NCBI GenBank assembly: GCA_004764695.1
Contig: SMSO01000031.1
Location: 8,972,761 to 9,036,760 of the forward strand
DNA from: Schizochytrium sp. TIO01
Lineage: Eukaryota; Protista; Bigyra: Labyrinthulomycetes
DNA: 64,000 bases
Reading direction: 5' to 3'
The notes under the pieces are model-generated. The model saw nothing but the letters and a program-made list of their open reading frames with translations. It ran no database searches and was not told where the DNA came from. Of the stretch, positions 21,380 through 35,949 are shown in pieces. Positions within the stretch are counted from its first letter, which is position 1. The number at the start of each line of letters is the position of its first letter. The translations under genes were made by a program, and so were the position numbers.

Positions 21380-24300
21380 AATAAGTACCACCTAACTAAT
21401 ACAATCAAGATCAATGTTTTGAGTGACAAAGCTGTCAAGAGTAGGTCGTGCGGCGTTCATAGCAGATTTATGATCGCTTGCATATTTCTTCTTAATCGAT
21501 ACCTTTGTTTAGAAACCAGTAAAAATTCCTGAAATTGAATGAGGATGCATATCTTTTGTGTCTACCTTAAATCTCTGTAAGATTGTGACCTTTGCCTTGG
21601 TTGATGTATGGCTAAAGCACGAAGTTTTAAACTAATTAGTGTACGGAAACATAATTTATTTGATTTGGTGTCAAGTTACGGTAATACTCTCCTTGTGAGG
21701 TGACTCAAACTCAGAATTAAGCCCTTTAAGACCCCGCTACGGAGAGAAATGGACCTTGAGTAGATCAACGCACGAAGAGATAGCTTTAAGTTCTTGGAAT
21801 ATTCTCTGCAACACACGTCTTCGCTTGCTCCTTCAAGAAAAAAACAAGAGGGTGTTATATTTTGAGCTTAGAAGGTGCTATAGTCTAAGAAAGGAGTAAA
21901 CAAAGCTTGAGCTTAATTAGACATCTGATAACGTGGAGCTGATCGCAGGACAACTGCGGAGTTCAAAAGTGCGGATTTTGTTTCTTATGATAGAGACAGC
22001 GAGCAGTAAAATACTTCATCGGCAATTACTCAACGACATATCTATAAAGAGCTGAAAGAATGTTGCCTTTTAATTTTACTAAAGAAGGCCTAAACGGAAG
22101 GCAAGAAGCTATTTTGGCTATTCTTCAATATTTTTTGAATTCCGGAAATAAAATTTGTTTTGTCCTACACATCAAATTATATTACAGGACTAATACTTCC
22201 TGCGATTGGTGGTGACTGACTACAAAGTCAACACTGGCTCACATATATTATATAAGAGATAAACAGATTAGTAGCACTGCTAGCTTTTCATAGTTCTCTA
22301 TGAGAAATTAGCCTTTTAATGCGTTGATGTACTTCTGTTTCATTTCGAAAGGAATGAGAACCTCGATTAATACGAAGATTCATGCTTTTTTCGGTCGAAC
22401 TAATTTGTATATCTTTCTAGTATTCATGATTCTATAATATCTAAATTGTTAAAAGGTAATGGATAAATTTAAGGCGGATTGGATTGTTATGTCACACTTA
22501 AAAGATGAGTAATTGTACTTTTTGGAGAACAAAAATAAATAGATATATTTGTTCTAAGAAATGAGCAGCAAAACGATAATAAAACCGCGCGTTTCTACCT
22601 CTAGAAAGTCTTGTTTATTTGCTTCTGTTATTAAAAAACCTTCAAGTAAATAGATGGCTAGGGATAAAGATTCAGATCAGGTTAGCACCTTTTGCTCATC
22701 TTCATATATATATATGATCAGATTACAGAAGTAGCGTCGGTCATTGCAAGAAACGATTTAAATGCGAACTGCTTTTTCACCAATCAGCTCGCTAAACTAA
22801 TTAGCTTGTCATCTAATCCTAAAGACTCAGTAGGTATCTCTATCGGCTGTTCCGAATTTTCAGACCATGTGGGTAATAAAATGAGCAAATGAAGTCGCCA
22901 AAGTGGGGAATGAAATATTCAAAGACTAGAAGCAAGAGCACCTAGGTAATAGAAGTTTTATATGATTTGTGATGAGAGCATGTTCCTTTTTAATTTTAAT
23001 TCAGAGGCTAGTTACTATGGCTCTTGACGATATTCTTGGTTTTGATACCTCACAAATGTTCGTATGTATGATGACTTTCAACATTTTGTTTAATTTTAAA
23101 TAACCATGAGCTGTTTATAAGTTGCTCAGTCGCGCGTTGAACAGTCTTTAAAGTGTAATGTGGTGGTTTTGAACAGAGCCTTTAAAAAAAACTGTAACTG
23201 TATTTCTAAGGGTAATTGTAAATTCGGTCGTCTCTGTTTTAAATACTATAGGACTATACAATAATTGATAGCACTGCAGTTGTATTCTTTGTTTGTTTTG
23301 TTTTTTGGGGGTAGGGGGTGATATAATAAATACTCTTTATTATTAAAAAATTCGAAGGGACGGTGTATTACAGAAATCTGGTAGTATAGAATTGCAAATT
23401 TAATAATACTTAAACTAGCGTCCTTGTCTTCTAACCATCGGTAAGTATTCTATGAACTAGGCCCAGTCGTAAGTAAAGTTCATGCCTATCTGCTTTTTGT
23501 TTGTTAAAGACCCTGTTATAGTGTAATTTATAAAAGTTTGTTTAGAGATTCGCACCGTAATCAGGAATGTCCACGCGAGCGTGACTGTTTCTCTCCAACT
23601 ATCAATACACCTCAATCGCAATTAAAGTTTTGATTCAGTCAGGATTGGTCACAGCATCAAGATTAAAAATACTACCATACCACCTGAAATGGTTGGAGAG
23701 CATACATATTAACCAAGTACAATTTGAATACCCACAGTTTATTTCGAAATCAAATGAATGTAAACAGTATATCATTGGTCCGAACTAGTCTTAATGGTAC
23801 AGACGGCTCGACTGACAAAGCGAATAAATAAAGAAAAAAGATTGTTTCTTTTATTGTTCTGTGACGTTATCCTTACCAGTTTAGTTTTAAAACTAAAAAT
23901 CGTAGGTATCACATACTCCTATCGCCCTCGGGGTGAGACCTACTGGCTCGCGACGATGAAAAGAATTTATCAAGTCCATTGTCGAAAATGTGGCTTTGTG
24001 GATTTTCACAGACAGTGCTGCAGAGAGAGCTTGCTTGTGAAAAAGTCGACGTCCGAAGTGCCTCCGCTTTGATTGATAATTTTAAAGGAAAGCGAAAGGA
24101 CAGCTTATAAATTCTCTTCTCGGCTCAAATAATAATATGAGGAGTATACTTTTTGCTTGCTTTGAGGGGGGTTTATACCCACGTGTTGACGAAACAATAA
24201 CAAAAGCAAAAGTAAATCGGTGTTTGGTCTATAAGTGCATATATGAGGTTTGCTAGGCCATCTAAATATACTCAGACATGTCGAACCGTTCTCAACATGA

Positions 24301-27300
24301 TCTTCATATTCTTAAAGAAGAAGTGACAAAAAAAACTTTCTATTCTCTCTATTATTTAATTACTATTCTCAAGTAGATTTCTTTAAGGTGAACAACAATC
24401 TATAAAGAGCCGTTCCATTTTAAAAATTGACATTATTATTCAATTAAAAACAGTTTTAATTAAAAATAATAAATAATAAGCTGGAAATCGGCAAAACAAA
24501 ACAAAATGTTATTAATTGGAAGTTAGGACAACTTTTGTAAGGTTCTTTTGAGGAATTCTGAATAATGAATTACTTTTAATGGAATAATTAATGACTTCCT
24601 TAAAAATATTTAAACTATTAAACTATTGAATGCTCGAAAATGCTTTAAATGCTTTGAATGCTTTAAATACTTACATACTTAATTTTAAATAGTTCTTAAT
24701 TTCATATTAAAAACTAAAAACAAAACAAAAACAATGCTTTCTGTTAAAACTAAAATGACTTTAGGAAAGGTGAAGCCAGGAAACCAGGAACCCTTTCTTT
24801 CCTTGTTGATGTCGACGAGGGAGGATCGATTTGAGAGGGAGGCAGCACGCGCTGCTGTCTACCAACATTTGCCTTTTCTTTAGATCATCATAAAGAATAC
24901 TCGTCGGTGCCCCTTTCTTTTGGCTCACTCAACTTTGAACTCAGCCTTTGAAGGTTTGGCCCTTATGCTGTCTTGTTCATTTGTTTGAAGAATTTGTTTT
25001 CAACTTTATTCTCGCTGCCCCTCCTTTCGTTGAACGAGATAGAATTAGCCCTCTGGTCTTTAAAGATTAAAGATGGCAACAGCAACAGGGCCAATGGATG
25101 GCGGACAAGCTCTCAAGGTGCAGCTCTGTTGCATTACTTCTGCAGATTGATGTATTGATCGATTGATTGATGTATTGATCGATTGATAGATGAATTGATC
25201 GATTGATTGATGTATTGATTGATGTATTGATTAATTGGTGGCTGTGCAGATTGTCGTCTGCTCCGTTCGTTTGGCCAGACCTAGGTGTGCCTAATCTGGC
25301 AAAGTGCTGAAGAGGTCCTTCAAGTTCGCTGCTTGTACTTACTGCCTTTCTCTGTTAAGCAAAGTAGATACCTTCGTATCTTCTCTAATCTCACGAGGAT
25401 TCTGTAGAAGTGACGTATGCCCTTTGCAGACTAACGCATTGAATATTTATATAGCTAATGGACACGTCAATGGTCAATCTTTGTGTCACGCGTGCGTAAT
25501 GGATGCTCCAAGCGAAGAGATCGTCGGTGAGATTCGGGGCTGCTCTTTCGCCATCTCAACAACTCGAGCGAGGAGGCTGAGTATAGGTTGTAAATTAGAT
25601 CCTTTTGGACGGGTCATTCCCTGTGGCAGCCAGCATGGCTGCAATGCGCTCGAGAAAATCTCCTAAGCACTGCAAACATATCCGTGGCAACATAAGACAC
25701 CAGACCACAGGTAGCTTTTCAAGCTTTTGCACAAGCTTTTGCACAAGCGGAAATGCGTAGTATATTAGTAGCCTCAGGAGCAAAACCCTGCTGCTGAGGT
25801 TATTCGTCGATCTAATCAACGTATTCCGCCATTTGCTACTGATCGTAAGCCCATTTTGTTTCTTGCGGTTCTTGTGAACTTTGGTGGGTGGTTTGTTGAT
25901 CTTCTTGGTTAGGTTAGGTTAGGTTAGGTGAGGTGAGGTGAATTGTCATTCCCCGATAGATTTCGAAATAGCATGAATGCATTCCGCGCAAATCTTATCT
26001 TAGCGAAGCCTACTCGGAGACTTCGCAATTTTCACCGCAACGGCCTAAAAGCGACTGCGATTTGTCGGTAGCAAACATTACAACTCTCTATGCTACAGAG
26101 CACTTGTAGTAGCACCAGGAACACATTTTCCAACCAAGGTCGCAGCACCGCGAAGAGCTTTAAAGAGTACGAGCAGAGCAGCGATGCTGACCTTGAAGCA
26201 GAAACCTTAAGAGCAAGTTTTGCTTTGCGTGAAGTTTGGCCGTGATGAGAAGATCCAATGGACACGATCAAAGAACGACAAACAATCGGCACTAAGGGTG
26301 GCACTTGGTACGGAAGAAGTTGTCCATACGGATCCCGGCGACGCAAACCATTGAGAAACCAGTTGCTCCTTCACTTGAACAACCCAAAATATTTGATAGT
26401 GCATGAATGTACAACAAGAAGAGTCTTGAGCATTCCAAGTTCTTTCAAGACACAGCTTGCTTTATACGGGATCAAAACTAAAAAGCATTTTGATCGTACT
26501 CTTCAGTCCTCATCGGAACACCGGTTGTTATTGATTCTTTTAAACTTAAAGCAAACACTCGAGCCATAGGCAGAAATCAGGCAGAATCGATGTCCCCGTT
26601 TCGTTTGATGCGAAGCCTTTAGGTTGTTTGCAGGGATCGACATAAAGAGGCACGGAGATCACGCTGTTTGTGAACTCTTCTCCTTAAGGCATCTTTCAGG
26701 CCAAGCCCTCTGAAATCGACTTGATTAAAAGAACATTATTGGGGGTGGCGAGTGCTGAGGGCAATGCTTAGAACTATCTCCACAACACTGGTCCTTTTCA
26801 CTTTCTTCTGCACCGAAGGCTCCAGCACGATTACTTAAAGGTTTCACAGCGATGCATCCAACTTGTGAAAGAACAGTTGCACATCATTATGATGCTTGCA
26901 AATGCCCTTTTCTCGTCAGCGTTGCGATCAAAATAATATAACATCAATGCCTCAGATAGCACTCTATCGCTGCATTAGCAGATGATAGGTAGGTAGCAGA
27001 CTGTTATATTTTGTTCCATTCAAGGTTATTTTAAAGTTCAGAAAGATTCAAGGAAATCAAAATTAAACCGTGACCTTCAGCACCTGCCTATACGTACATA
27101 CATACAGACTGAGAAAAGATCAAATCAGCACACTAATGCAAAAGCAACCTAAATAGCATTTGCTAGTGACTCGGAGGATTTGCACCATGGAAGAAATTTA
27201 TTGAAACAGTGCACCTTTTCTATGATTTCTTTCATACCTTCGCCAAAGAAGAGGGAGGGTAGTTAAATATATACGGAGAATCTTAATTATTTCGTTCTCT

Positions 27301-30100
27301 TGCGAGGACTTTATCCTTCTAAAACGACCCTAAAGTGAATCAAGCGAAGCTAGTGATATGCAATACCTAGATTTTTGGATGACTGAGGAAGCGAGTATGC
27401 TGCAGCGGGTTTCTAAGACGTTTGAAAGATAAAAGCAGAAGTGCCTGAATAGATGATGCCTGAAGAAAGACAAAGCATTAGAAAAAATCTCAACGTAGCA
27501 TACAATATTCATAAGAATTACAGAAGCAACGAAGAAGAGAAAAGCAACAGGTTAATTTCCAACACCAGAAATCAAGCTTAAGTGAACCTATTAATTGTGC
27601 TTAGCAATAGCAACAGTATAAAGAAAGAGTATTTTTTTGAATCATTAAAAACAAATTATGCATATAAAAATTACACTGATAAAATAAATTAAAATAATTT
27701 TTATGTCTTCCAATACCTGATCATAAGCGACCGATGGTCGAGGGCCTTTTTTTTTTTTTTCTTTTTTAAACTGCGAAAGATGAATTGAAAAGGAAAGAAA
27801 AGAACTAGTAATGTTTTTTTAACATTAAAAGTGCAACATTTAAAAGATTCAACAAATGAAATAACAAAAAACTTATGTTGTGTCCGGGATTCAGTCTATT
27901 TTAAACTTTTATAATGAAGACGAGCCGAAGAAAATATTGATTATTTATTCTAAAGTCATTAAAACTTCTCTTCCGTGGGATTTGACTTATGCGTTGAACA
28001 GGAGGACGCATTTATCTTTGAGTCGAGGGGAACAATAAACTACACTATCATATGATAATTCTGTACTATCGGTGAAAGAAGCAGAAGGTTGATTGTGGCC
28101 GTTCATATCAACTTCCCCCCCTCCCTCCGACATCAGGTATATATGCTGTTTTAATTTAACTCATTTTGCCATCACAACTAAAATCTAATAGAATTTCCCT
28201 AGTGCATCTCCCCCTGTCAAGATCTCTGACGTGCTGCATTCCATGAATCTGTTGATACTTGCTATACTAAATTTTTGTCAGAAGGGGGGGAGGCGAGGGA
28301 ATATTTGAATTTTCATTTTACAGGAAGGAATGGTATCAACCGCAATGCAGATATTCAATTGATTCAGTTATTTGCTTTCTTCAGAATAAACAATAAAATA
28401 AAATGAAAATAATGCTAGCACAGCCCTTGGTGTCGTCAATTAATGATGTCAATAGCCCAATCCATTAAAAATGCCTCATTTCAGAATTTGCCATCATAGG
28501 CTTTTATCCAAAATGTTAAGAAGGTGGCACAATACGATGATTGTGTGCAATATATCGCACGGCAAATTCAATCGTGTCTACGAATTGTTCTTCGCATTGG
28601 GCAGAAAGTTCTAGCTCGAAGTGATTTTCAAGAATCATCCAAAGAAGTATCAACTCTGATCCATCCGTGCTGTTTCACTCAAAGTGTGAATCGCAGAGCC
28701 AGTAGAGAGCAAACACTATGACAGTTCTAATGTGAAGTACGGTCGAGGCGTAAGCAGCGCTATCGTCCTCGAAGTTCTTGCACATGTTTCTTTTTAGGAA
28801 CTGCTGCTGTTTAAAGTGCTCTTCGTAACGCATACATTTATATTGAAACGCAGGGAAAGTCGCGCACCAATTCCCACATGAAAAGGAGTGCGTCAATGCA
28901 GTGCTGCTATCTCAGACACTCTTTGGACGACGACGACGAGGTCGCGCACGGCGTCCGTTTATCTGTCTGTCTGCAGAGTGAAAGCATGGCAATCGTGGAC
29001 TTTCATTGCCTCACTCTCTGGTTGTTGCAACTTTACATCTGCATGCGCCATCATTCTCTATAAAGCAACGAATCCATCAGCGCAAGAATGCCGTCTTGTT
29101 GATCGAATCTCGACCTTTGTCTCGTTTCGTTCTTTCGGGTCTACGCACAACCACGCGTCGATGCTGCCCCGCTCGTCGGAAAAGAGTAGGCATCGTAAGT
29201 TCTTGGAGCTGACTTGAAGGGACGTCGAGCGAAGCGGTGCTGCGGAGTTTGCTTGTTCACTAAATTCAAGTCAAGCTGATCATATTATAAAAGCTATAAA
29301 ACCACTGCTGCCTTATCTCTAAACTAGAGATGTAGAGAACTAAGCAGTCCCACCCTCAGCGGGTAGATTGAAATTGCAGCCGAGTTTTGACGAAACTCTA
29401 CAAAGTACAATCAGTAAGAGGAGAGCGAGTTTGCGTCGGTTCTGTTGGTTCTGAGTTTGGACGTCTTGGCGAGATTTGATGAAGTAGGTAGGTAGCGTAG
29501 AGATGACACTCAAATACTTACTACCTGATCTTTATTAGCGATAGTTTTTAGAATTCATAAAGAATTAATTCTCAACAAGTTCTGCCACCTTTTTATTAAC
29601 CAATCTAAACTAACAACTAAAACTAGAAATTTGTCTGCTCTCAATTAAAGCGACAAGCAAGAAAGAAGCAAGCGGACAAAAACTCAATGCCAAGGGAAAA
29701 GTTTTCAAGTAGAGAACACGATAACGACAGTCACATTTGGCAATATCAAGTGTTGTAATCATAAGTCGTTCTTTGTCTTCCTTCAACACGACGCAATATG
29801 TACGTATGTAATACTGATCTATTATTATCCACTGTTTCACAGAAGGAAAAGAAGACCTCACTGGAGTTCTGTGGATGCCGAAAAGACCTTCCCGCCACAC
29901 GAAAAGCAGTGGTGTTACCTGGGAAGAGATAGTTCAAGCCTTCGAGGGGTACCCGTGTGGCCTACTCGCGACCAAACTGGGACCCCAATCAAGGCTGTCG
30001 ATCTGCTTCGTGAACTGGCCCAGGCCCAAGTCCGTCTGCTGGCGAAGGGTTTGACGACTGCGCAAGCCACTAAACGAGACTCTTATTCTGATAGAACAAG
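21380..30100 (+). pseudogene. Block of decayed RNI-like LRR fragments (plus strand, discontinuous)
   Basis: NVLSDKAVK (~21415), VELIAGQLRSSKVRILFL (21933-21986), LISLSSNPKDSVG (ORF 22692), SLNEIELALW (ORF 24973), LRASFALREVW..TIGTKG (~26205-26300), SLSGCCNFTSACAIIL..ECRL (ORF 28888), IKAVDL..VRLLAKGL (ORF 29871). Confidence 0.5.
25145..25232. repeat. Compound GATT/GATC/TGTATT minisatellite
   Basis: Repeated GATTGATGTATTGATC-type units. Confidence 0.85.
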
Positions 30101-30899
30101 GGGGAGGGGGGGGCTCCTTCAGGATGATAAAAGATTACGATTTCAACATTACTCGTCGCAGAAGTGGGTAGCTTTTCTATTAAACCTAAATGATGAATAA
30201 AATAAGATTTAAAAAAAACTTTAAGGAGAGATCATAGAGAGGACGAGAATATCATTCTTTAAGATTTATTGTGATGATTTTTGTTTGAAAGGAAAGTGTT
30301 TGAGGGCCTTCTCATGTTGCTTTTGGATTTGAGGGTTTCAGTTAAGTGGGTGTAAAAACCACCTTGAATTAGTTCCAATGGAATCTTCTATCTATTGTAC
30401 AAGGTTTCAAAAGTTTGTTCCATGAAAAGCAGAGGGACAAAAGGTGATTCATTCAACTCAAGCAATTCAAAACACGAACGATAGCATAGGTTGGCGCTAA
30501 CTAGCTAGCTCGAGAGAAAGAAACAACAACGTTTTATTCTCAGAGAAATCACTTTAGCTTTAAAAGTCGTGCAGAGGATATGAACTTTGAAGTTGCTATT
30601 ACGTCGTAGGAGCATGGCTCGCAGCCAACTCATGAGTAAGGGTCACCTACGAAGCGCTAACAATGCGCATGCAAGACGACGACAGCCGCGTATCATATGT
30701 TCGAGAGCATTGCGCTATGCCAACTTTGTAGTTAGTATGGACTGCGCCTGACATTTTCTCGCTCACTCAGGGTCTCTTGACTGAAAATAAATTGGCTTGC
30801 ACGGAGGCAGAAGCTGCTGCCTTCGCCGATGCTTTTGGCTTCGATAGCTCCATTCTTTCATTTATTTTTCATGTCACGCTCTCAGACGCTTTAAGAATC

Positions 30900-33800
30900 A
30901 TGCGCATACCTTTTCAAGAATTCGGGATGAATTTGCAGCGCTGATTCTTCAGAGTTGGAGCGCCTCCTCCAACGACGATTGCTCTTTCTTTTAAGAAAGT
31001 TGTCAACGAGCATAGATTGCGCACCGTATCAGACTTTGAACAACGAACGTGCATAGAGTCCGCTATTCCGCTTGCTTCTTCTGAAGTCTTCATGAGTTGG
31101 TTGCCAAGCTTACCATTTGCGGAGGATAATACGTTTCTTTGAGGATTTGGGGGCGTTTTATCAATCTTCGAACCCACTTGATAGATAATTGATTCTATAT
31201 ATACCTACCAAGGTCTCCAAAGCTTGAGGTTCTCTGAAAACAGTCATTGCCGTGCAGTGGGAATCGGGGACCATCGTTGGTTGTTTATTGCTCCTCGAGA
31301 GGGCTTTTCTTTTCTTTTTCTTTTGTGAAAGGTCATCAGAATGGGCTTCGTCTAGACATTTTAAAGAAACGCTTCTGGTCCCACGCAGGCTTCAGCCCTG
31401 CCCCAAAAGTCAAGAGACAGTGGACAACTTGTTGTATTTCCGTACTGTTTTCTACCGTCTTCCCACTGGAAGCTATAGAAAGATATTGTCCACGATATGT
31501 TTCCTGCTGCAGTAACCAAGAAATCTCGAGGTTAGCTGCAAAGCAGCAACAAAACAGAACAACTTATAAAAACATTAAAAATAAAACATTAAAATAAAAC
31601 AACAAGTTACTTGAATCTTTAATTTAAACAAAAGAAAAGAAAAAGAATAAAGCAGATACATAGCAGGTTCCTATTAACAGGTAGTGCCCATACGGTCCCA
31701 AGTGCCCGAAGGCAAAAAGGGTACCTCAATGTAATTCTGTACGCAATATCACTAATGATGGGGATTTCTCTATCAAAAACTACTTTCACTTTATTGGCGC
31801 AATAAGTATTTTTCGATTGAACGCAAATATGGCTAAATTCGTAAATCCTAAAAAAGTAGCGCTCAGTAGAGACCTCAACGCGGAGTCGCTTCTGAACAGA
31901 TGCTTTCTTTCGTGATGGTCAAAGACGCCGTTCTTCTTCTTCTTCTTCTTCTTCTTCTTCTTCTTCTTCTTCTTCTTCTTCTTCTTCTTTTTCTGCGTTT
32001 CGACTTCTGAAGCGCATGAAACAAGAACGAACTTCTCAAGAAGAGCTCGGAAAGGGGCGAGGAATTGCCTCTGCACAACGCTCGTAATCTTTTATTATTC
32101 TTTTCAAACTTTGTATATTGTTGTCAGCGGTTGTGATTCTTGTTTTCATTCGTTCTTTCTTTCTAGCTATACTAAGCTTTGATTAGAACTTTTTAGAAAA
32201 GATCAGAAAAGAAAGAAAAGAAAAAGGGCGGAGATCGATCCATCAGCTTCTCCCTAATTAAGACGGACAGGTTTATCATCTTTCATCTTTTAATTGAAAT
32301 ACAAATACAAAAAAATACTACACTACACTACACTACACTACTCCTTAAACATTAACTTTCTCAAAACAAATGAATAAACAAATAAATAGACAACTTGAAC
32401 TTGAACTTGAACTTGAAGCAAATTTTAAAAGCGGCATATATTTTAATCATGAACTGAAACTAGTTCAAGGATTGCTGCCTTTGATGCCATTGAATGAGTG
32501 AGTGAAACCTAAACCCGACACATCTTCAGAAATGTTCAACAAAAACAACCAATAAATAAGTTTGCAGGCACAAACAACCTCGTTCTAAGGAGAGCGGACC
32601 AACAAAGCCGACATTCTCGCTAGTCAAGACTGTCCTTTTATCAATCAGTCCTTTCGCTTCCTCAGTCAAAAGCAGAACTCATCTCCCTCATTGAAACTGG
32701 CGGAACGATCGATGGCAAGCAATGCTTAGACAAGGCTTAGAATCAGCCAGAACAGAATAAAATAGAACAGAACAGAAAAGTGGCGGCAAAGCGCGAAGAT
32801 AGCTATCAAACTCGGCAGGCACCGGCTCCGATTCGAGTCTTCTTCATCCTAGCCCCCTGCAAGTTCGTTCACTAGCGTTTGATGTCTCCCTTATTGCTCT
32901 CCCTTCGGTCCAGCGTCGGCGGATCTGGTTCTTCAAGCTCGTGGTGCGCCCAACTCGCCCATCCAGGCACACTCAGGCTACCTTCGCAGCTCGATCTGGG
33001 CACCACTTTCCTGCTGGACAGAAACAAGTACCTGACAGACCAACCTCGAGGTGCCGGGGTGACTCTTCCGACAGGTCGCAACCCCTGAGCAACACGTGCA
33101 TACGCGCAAGCTCAGGCAGGAACCAGCGGTTGCGACGATGATCTCGGAGGAGTCGGAGTCCTCAGGATCCATGGCAATCACTCATAATCATCGGTATCTT
33201 CGTAGTACCAAGGAATAAAGAAGTAGCTGAGTCTTAGTCCATATCACTAATAGGTTCTACATCCCAGGAGTTGACATATCAGCAAAGGGGGGCGCATGGA
33301 GGAGTGACAGTACTTTTTTGCGGATTCTAGCGATAATGATGGAAACTCGTTCCTGAGCAGCTCTTGGTTCAAGATCATAAGATCATAGGTAGGTCGCAGC
33401 AACAACTCAAGCTAAACCAGGTTTAGATCGGTTCAGATCGTCCGGGATGGCCTCCAGTCGTTCTCAAGTTCTTCAATTCTTCGAGTTCCTCGAGTTCGAG
33501 GGGGTTCAAGATTGCAGCGCCACCTTAAGTCGAACCGAAAGCAACACCTTTGATTTCATGTCTCATAGAAACCAACACTTTTGTGATGATATTGGGACAT
33601 AGATGGTAATAAGCCTGGCTAGAGTTCCACCTAGAGCCTTACTCGTGTTACACGCCTAAAGAGCATCTAGGTTGTCTATTACCACTCATTTTAAAATAAT
33701 ATTATAGGCGCTAGAGACTTCTTACAGGTACACACTACTAGCTAATGCTAGCTCAATGGATACCATTGCTTCTTTCGTTTGTTTTATCTCTATTTTTTTT

Positions 33801-35700
33801 AAGATTTTAACGGCCTTTATTGTTGTTATTGCTATCATTATTAATCTTCTCTTTTAAAAGAAAGAAACCAAAGGCCAAGCATTTATTAAAAAAAATGTGT
33901 TTTAAAAAGTTCAACCATTTTTAACTAATTAAGAAAGAAAAAATGATTGTCAAAGCTATTCATGGAAATCAACCATATCTCGATAATAAATGATAAAGAG
34001 AATATCATTTCTATCTCTATCTCTCTTTTCTCTCTCTGTAAGTGGTCCAAAGCAAAGAAAAGGAAAGAAACTACTATTACAATTTGTTGTATAAAAATGA
34101 GTATGTTTTCATAAAAAAGAAGAAGAAAAACGTTAAAGAATATATATAACATAATTCAAAATTAAGTTCTTCCCCATTACTTAGGAAGGTACGTAGCTCC
34201 CTTCTAACAAAGACGAAGACTCGTGAAAAGATTTTTTTATTTTTTTTTCCAAGTGGCCAAAGATACGATGATCAGAGAACTCAGATCAGATGGACGGATG
34301 GAATCCTTCTTCTTCGTAAGAAAGGCTTTGCGATGCATAAACGCATTCGCCGCTGCAGGCGGCGCTTTGTCCTCTGCGCAGTGCCGTGGATCAGGCCGAG
34401 CGCTGCGCCGTCTGTCACGCTTCCCTGCAGACCCGCTCGAGTCAGCGAGCAGGAGATACTTGATCCTGCACAATATAGCTAGCTATTATGTGGACAACTT
34501 CATCACCATAGATCGCTTGGCCAGCTTAGAGAGAGATGCTGCTGCGCGAAACTTGGCTTGCGCTGCGCTGACGAGCACCAGGCACAAGCGAGTTCGCCGC
34601 CTCTAAGACAGCTTCTCCTCCAGGTTGCGCCCGAAGCTTGCTTGCAGAGGAGGATGTCTTCGCAGCAATGCATGACCAAAATTTGAAATCCCGGAGGAGC
34701 ACTTCGCCCTGCTCTTTGAAATCGTCGCAAGTGAAGCAAACACGCGACGCAAACTCGTACCCACGCTCGCTGGATGCTCGCTCGCTCGCTCGCTGGCTCG
34801 CTGGATACCTCACTGCAACGGTGAATGCCATCGCGCTCGCTGAGATGGCCCAGAAGTTGGAGCCGGAAGACCCTTCCTGAATGACAGCAATGGGTCCTGG
34901 TATTTTCCAGCCTTTCAACTTGAAGAGCTTAGAGGCACTCGCTCTGGTGCGCGAGGTCCCCTCTCGGCCCGTGCGTGAAACCCGAGGGCTGGATCTCTGC
35001 AGTTGATGCCGTCTAAGCCGCCTGGATTACAGGTAAGCCGCGTCTCGAACGAGACACAACACAAATGATCGGCCAGCCCAAACCAGGTACCTAGGTACCT
35101 GCTTAAAGCGCTGGACGAAGCTGGCGCGAATAGCCTAGCCTGCAACCTAGGAATACAATTTTCTAAAACGTATCAACCAGAGGCAACTTGAGATCTGCTC
35201 AGTCCCCAAAGAAAGGAAACACCGCCGGTTCTTCAATGATTCTAATCCATCGACCGGTTTCAGCGAATACCATTTTGCAGCAAGCAATAACTCGGTGGAG
35301 GCCGAGCGTATTTCAGAAGCTTGCCTTATTTCACTTGCACTAAAACGCGCGCCGTGGATCTCTTGCTGGCGGTGTTTAGGCATTCTCGGCTGTTCGGAGC
35401 GATCAATTACAAGAACTAACGCAGGCCTACTCGAAGGCCTCCTGGGCCAAGCAAGCGGCACAGCTAGTAAGGTTGAAGGCTCTCACGAGTCAAGCTCAGG
35501 ACTCTGGACGGATATATGGACGTATGGATGTTGCAATGAGCGTACTTGCTGGTCTCCGGCACGTTCTAAATTGCGAGCAGCGGATACTCCGCTCGCTGGA
35601 CGGCCAGGCAGCAACGTTGTCCAAACCTTTGATCCTGTCTTCATCCACGCGTCTTGCTAAGTTAGAACAGAGCGAGAGCACACCCTGTCTCGAAACTAAG
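30900..35700 (-). pseudogene. Block of decayed RNI-like LRR fragments (minus strand)
   Basis: LKNQRCKF (ORF 30914), LLEKFVLVSC and SALRSLLS (ORF 31786), SVRYLFLSS (ORF 32872), CRIKYLLLADS (ORF 34237), QHLSLSW (ORF 34503), RLTCNPGGLDG (ORF 34915), FLSLGTEQI (ORF 35147). Confidence 0.5.
31931..31989. repeat. (TTC)n microsatellite, ~20 units
   Basis: Perfect trinucleotide run. Confidence 0.97.
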
Positions 35701-35949
35701 ATTATATGGCGAGGTACCTATGCCTTCATAGTAGGTATGCAGTGAGAAAGCAACTGTACTTTGGTACTACCTACTCCTTCTGTCGTCGTTCGTTTGACCG
35801 AACCACAATTGACACCTTTGCACAGGCTATTCGAGGTATTGAAGATTTATAACCCCTATTGGGCACTACAGCTCATCAAGTGCCATACAAATAGGTAGTC
35901 TGTCTGTGTACCTTTGATGGCCCTGGCAGGACAAGCAACTCCTTGAAGC

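Noticed and set aside
26192-26300. EAETLR..VWP**E..IGTKG resembling the end of the TF-like C-terminal domain
   Set aside because: The upstream motifs are absent, and it is equally explained as an RNI-like LRR (AL.E..L / IG..G).
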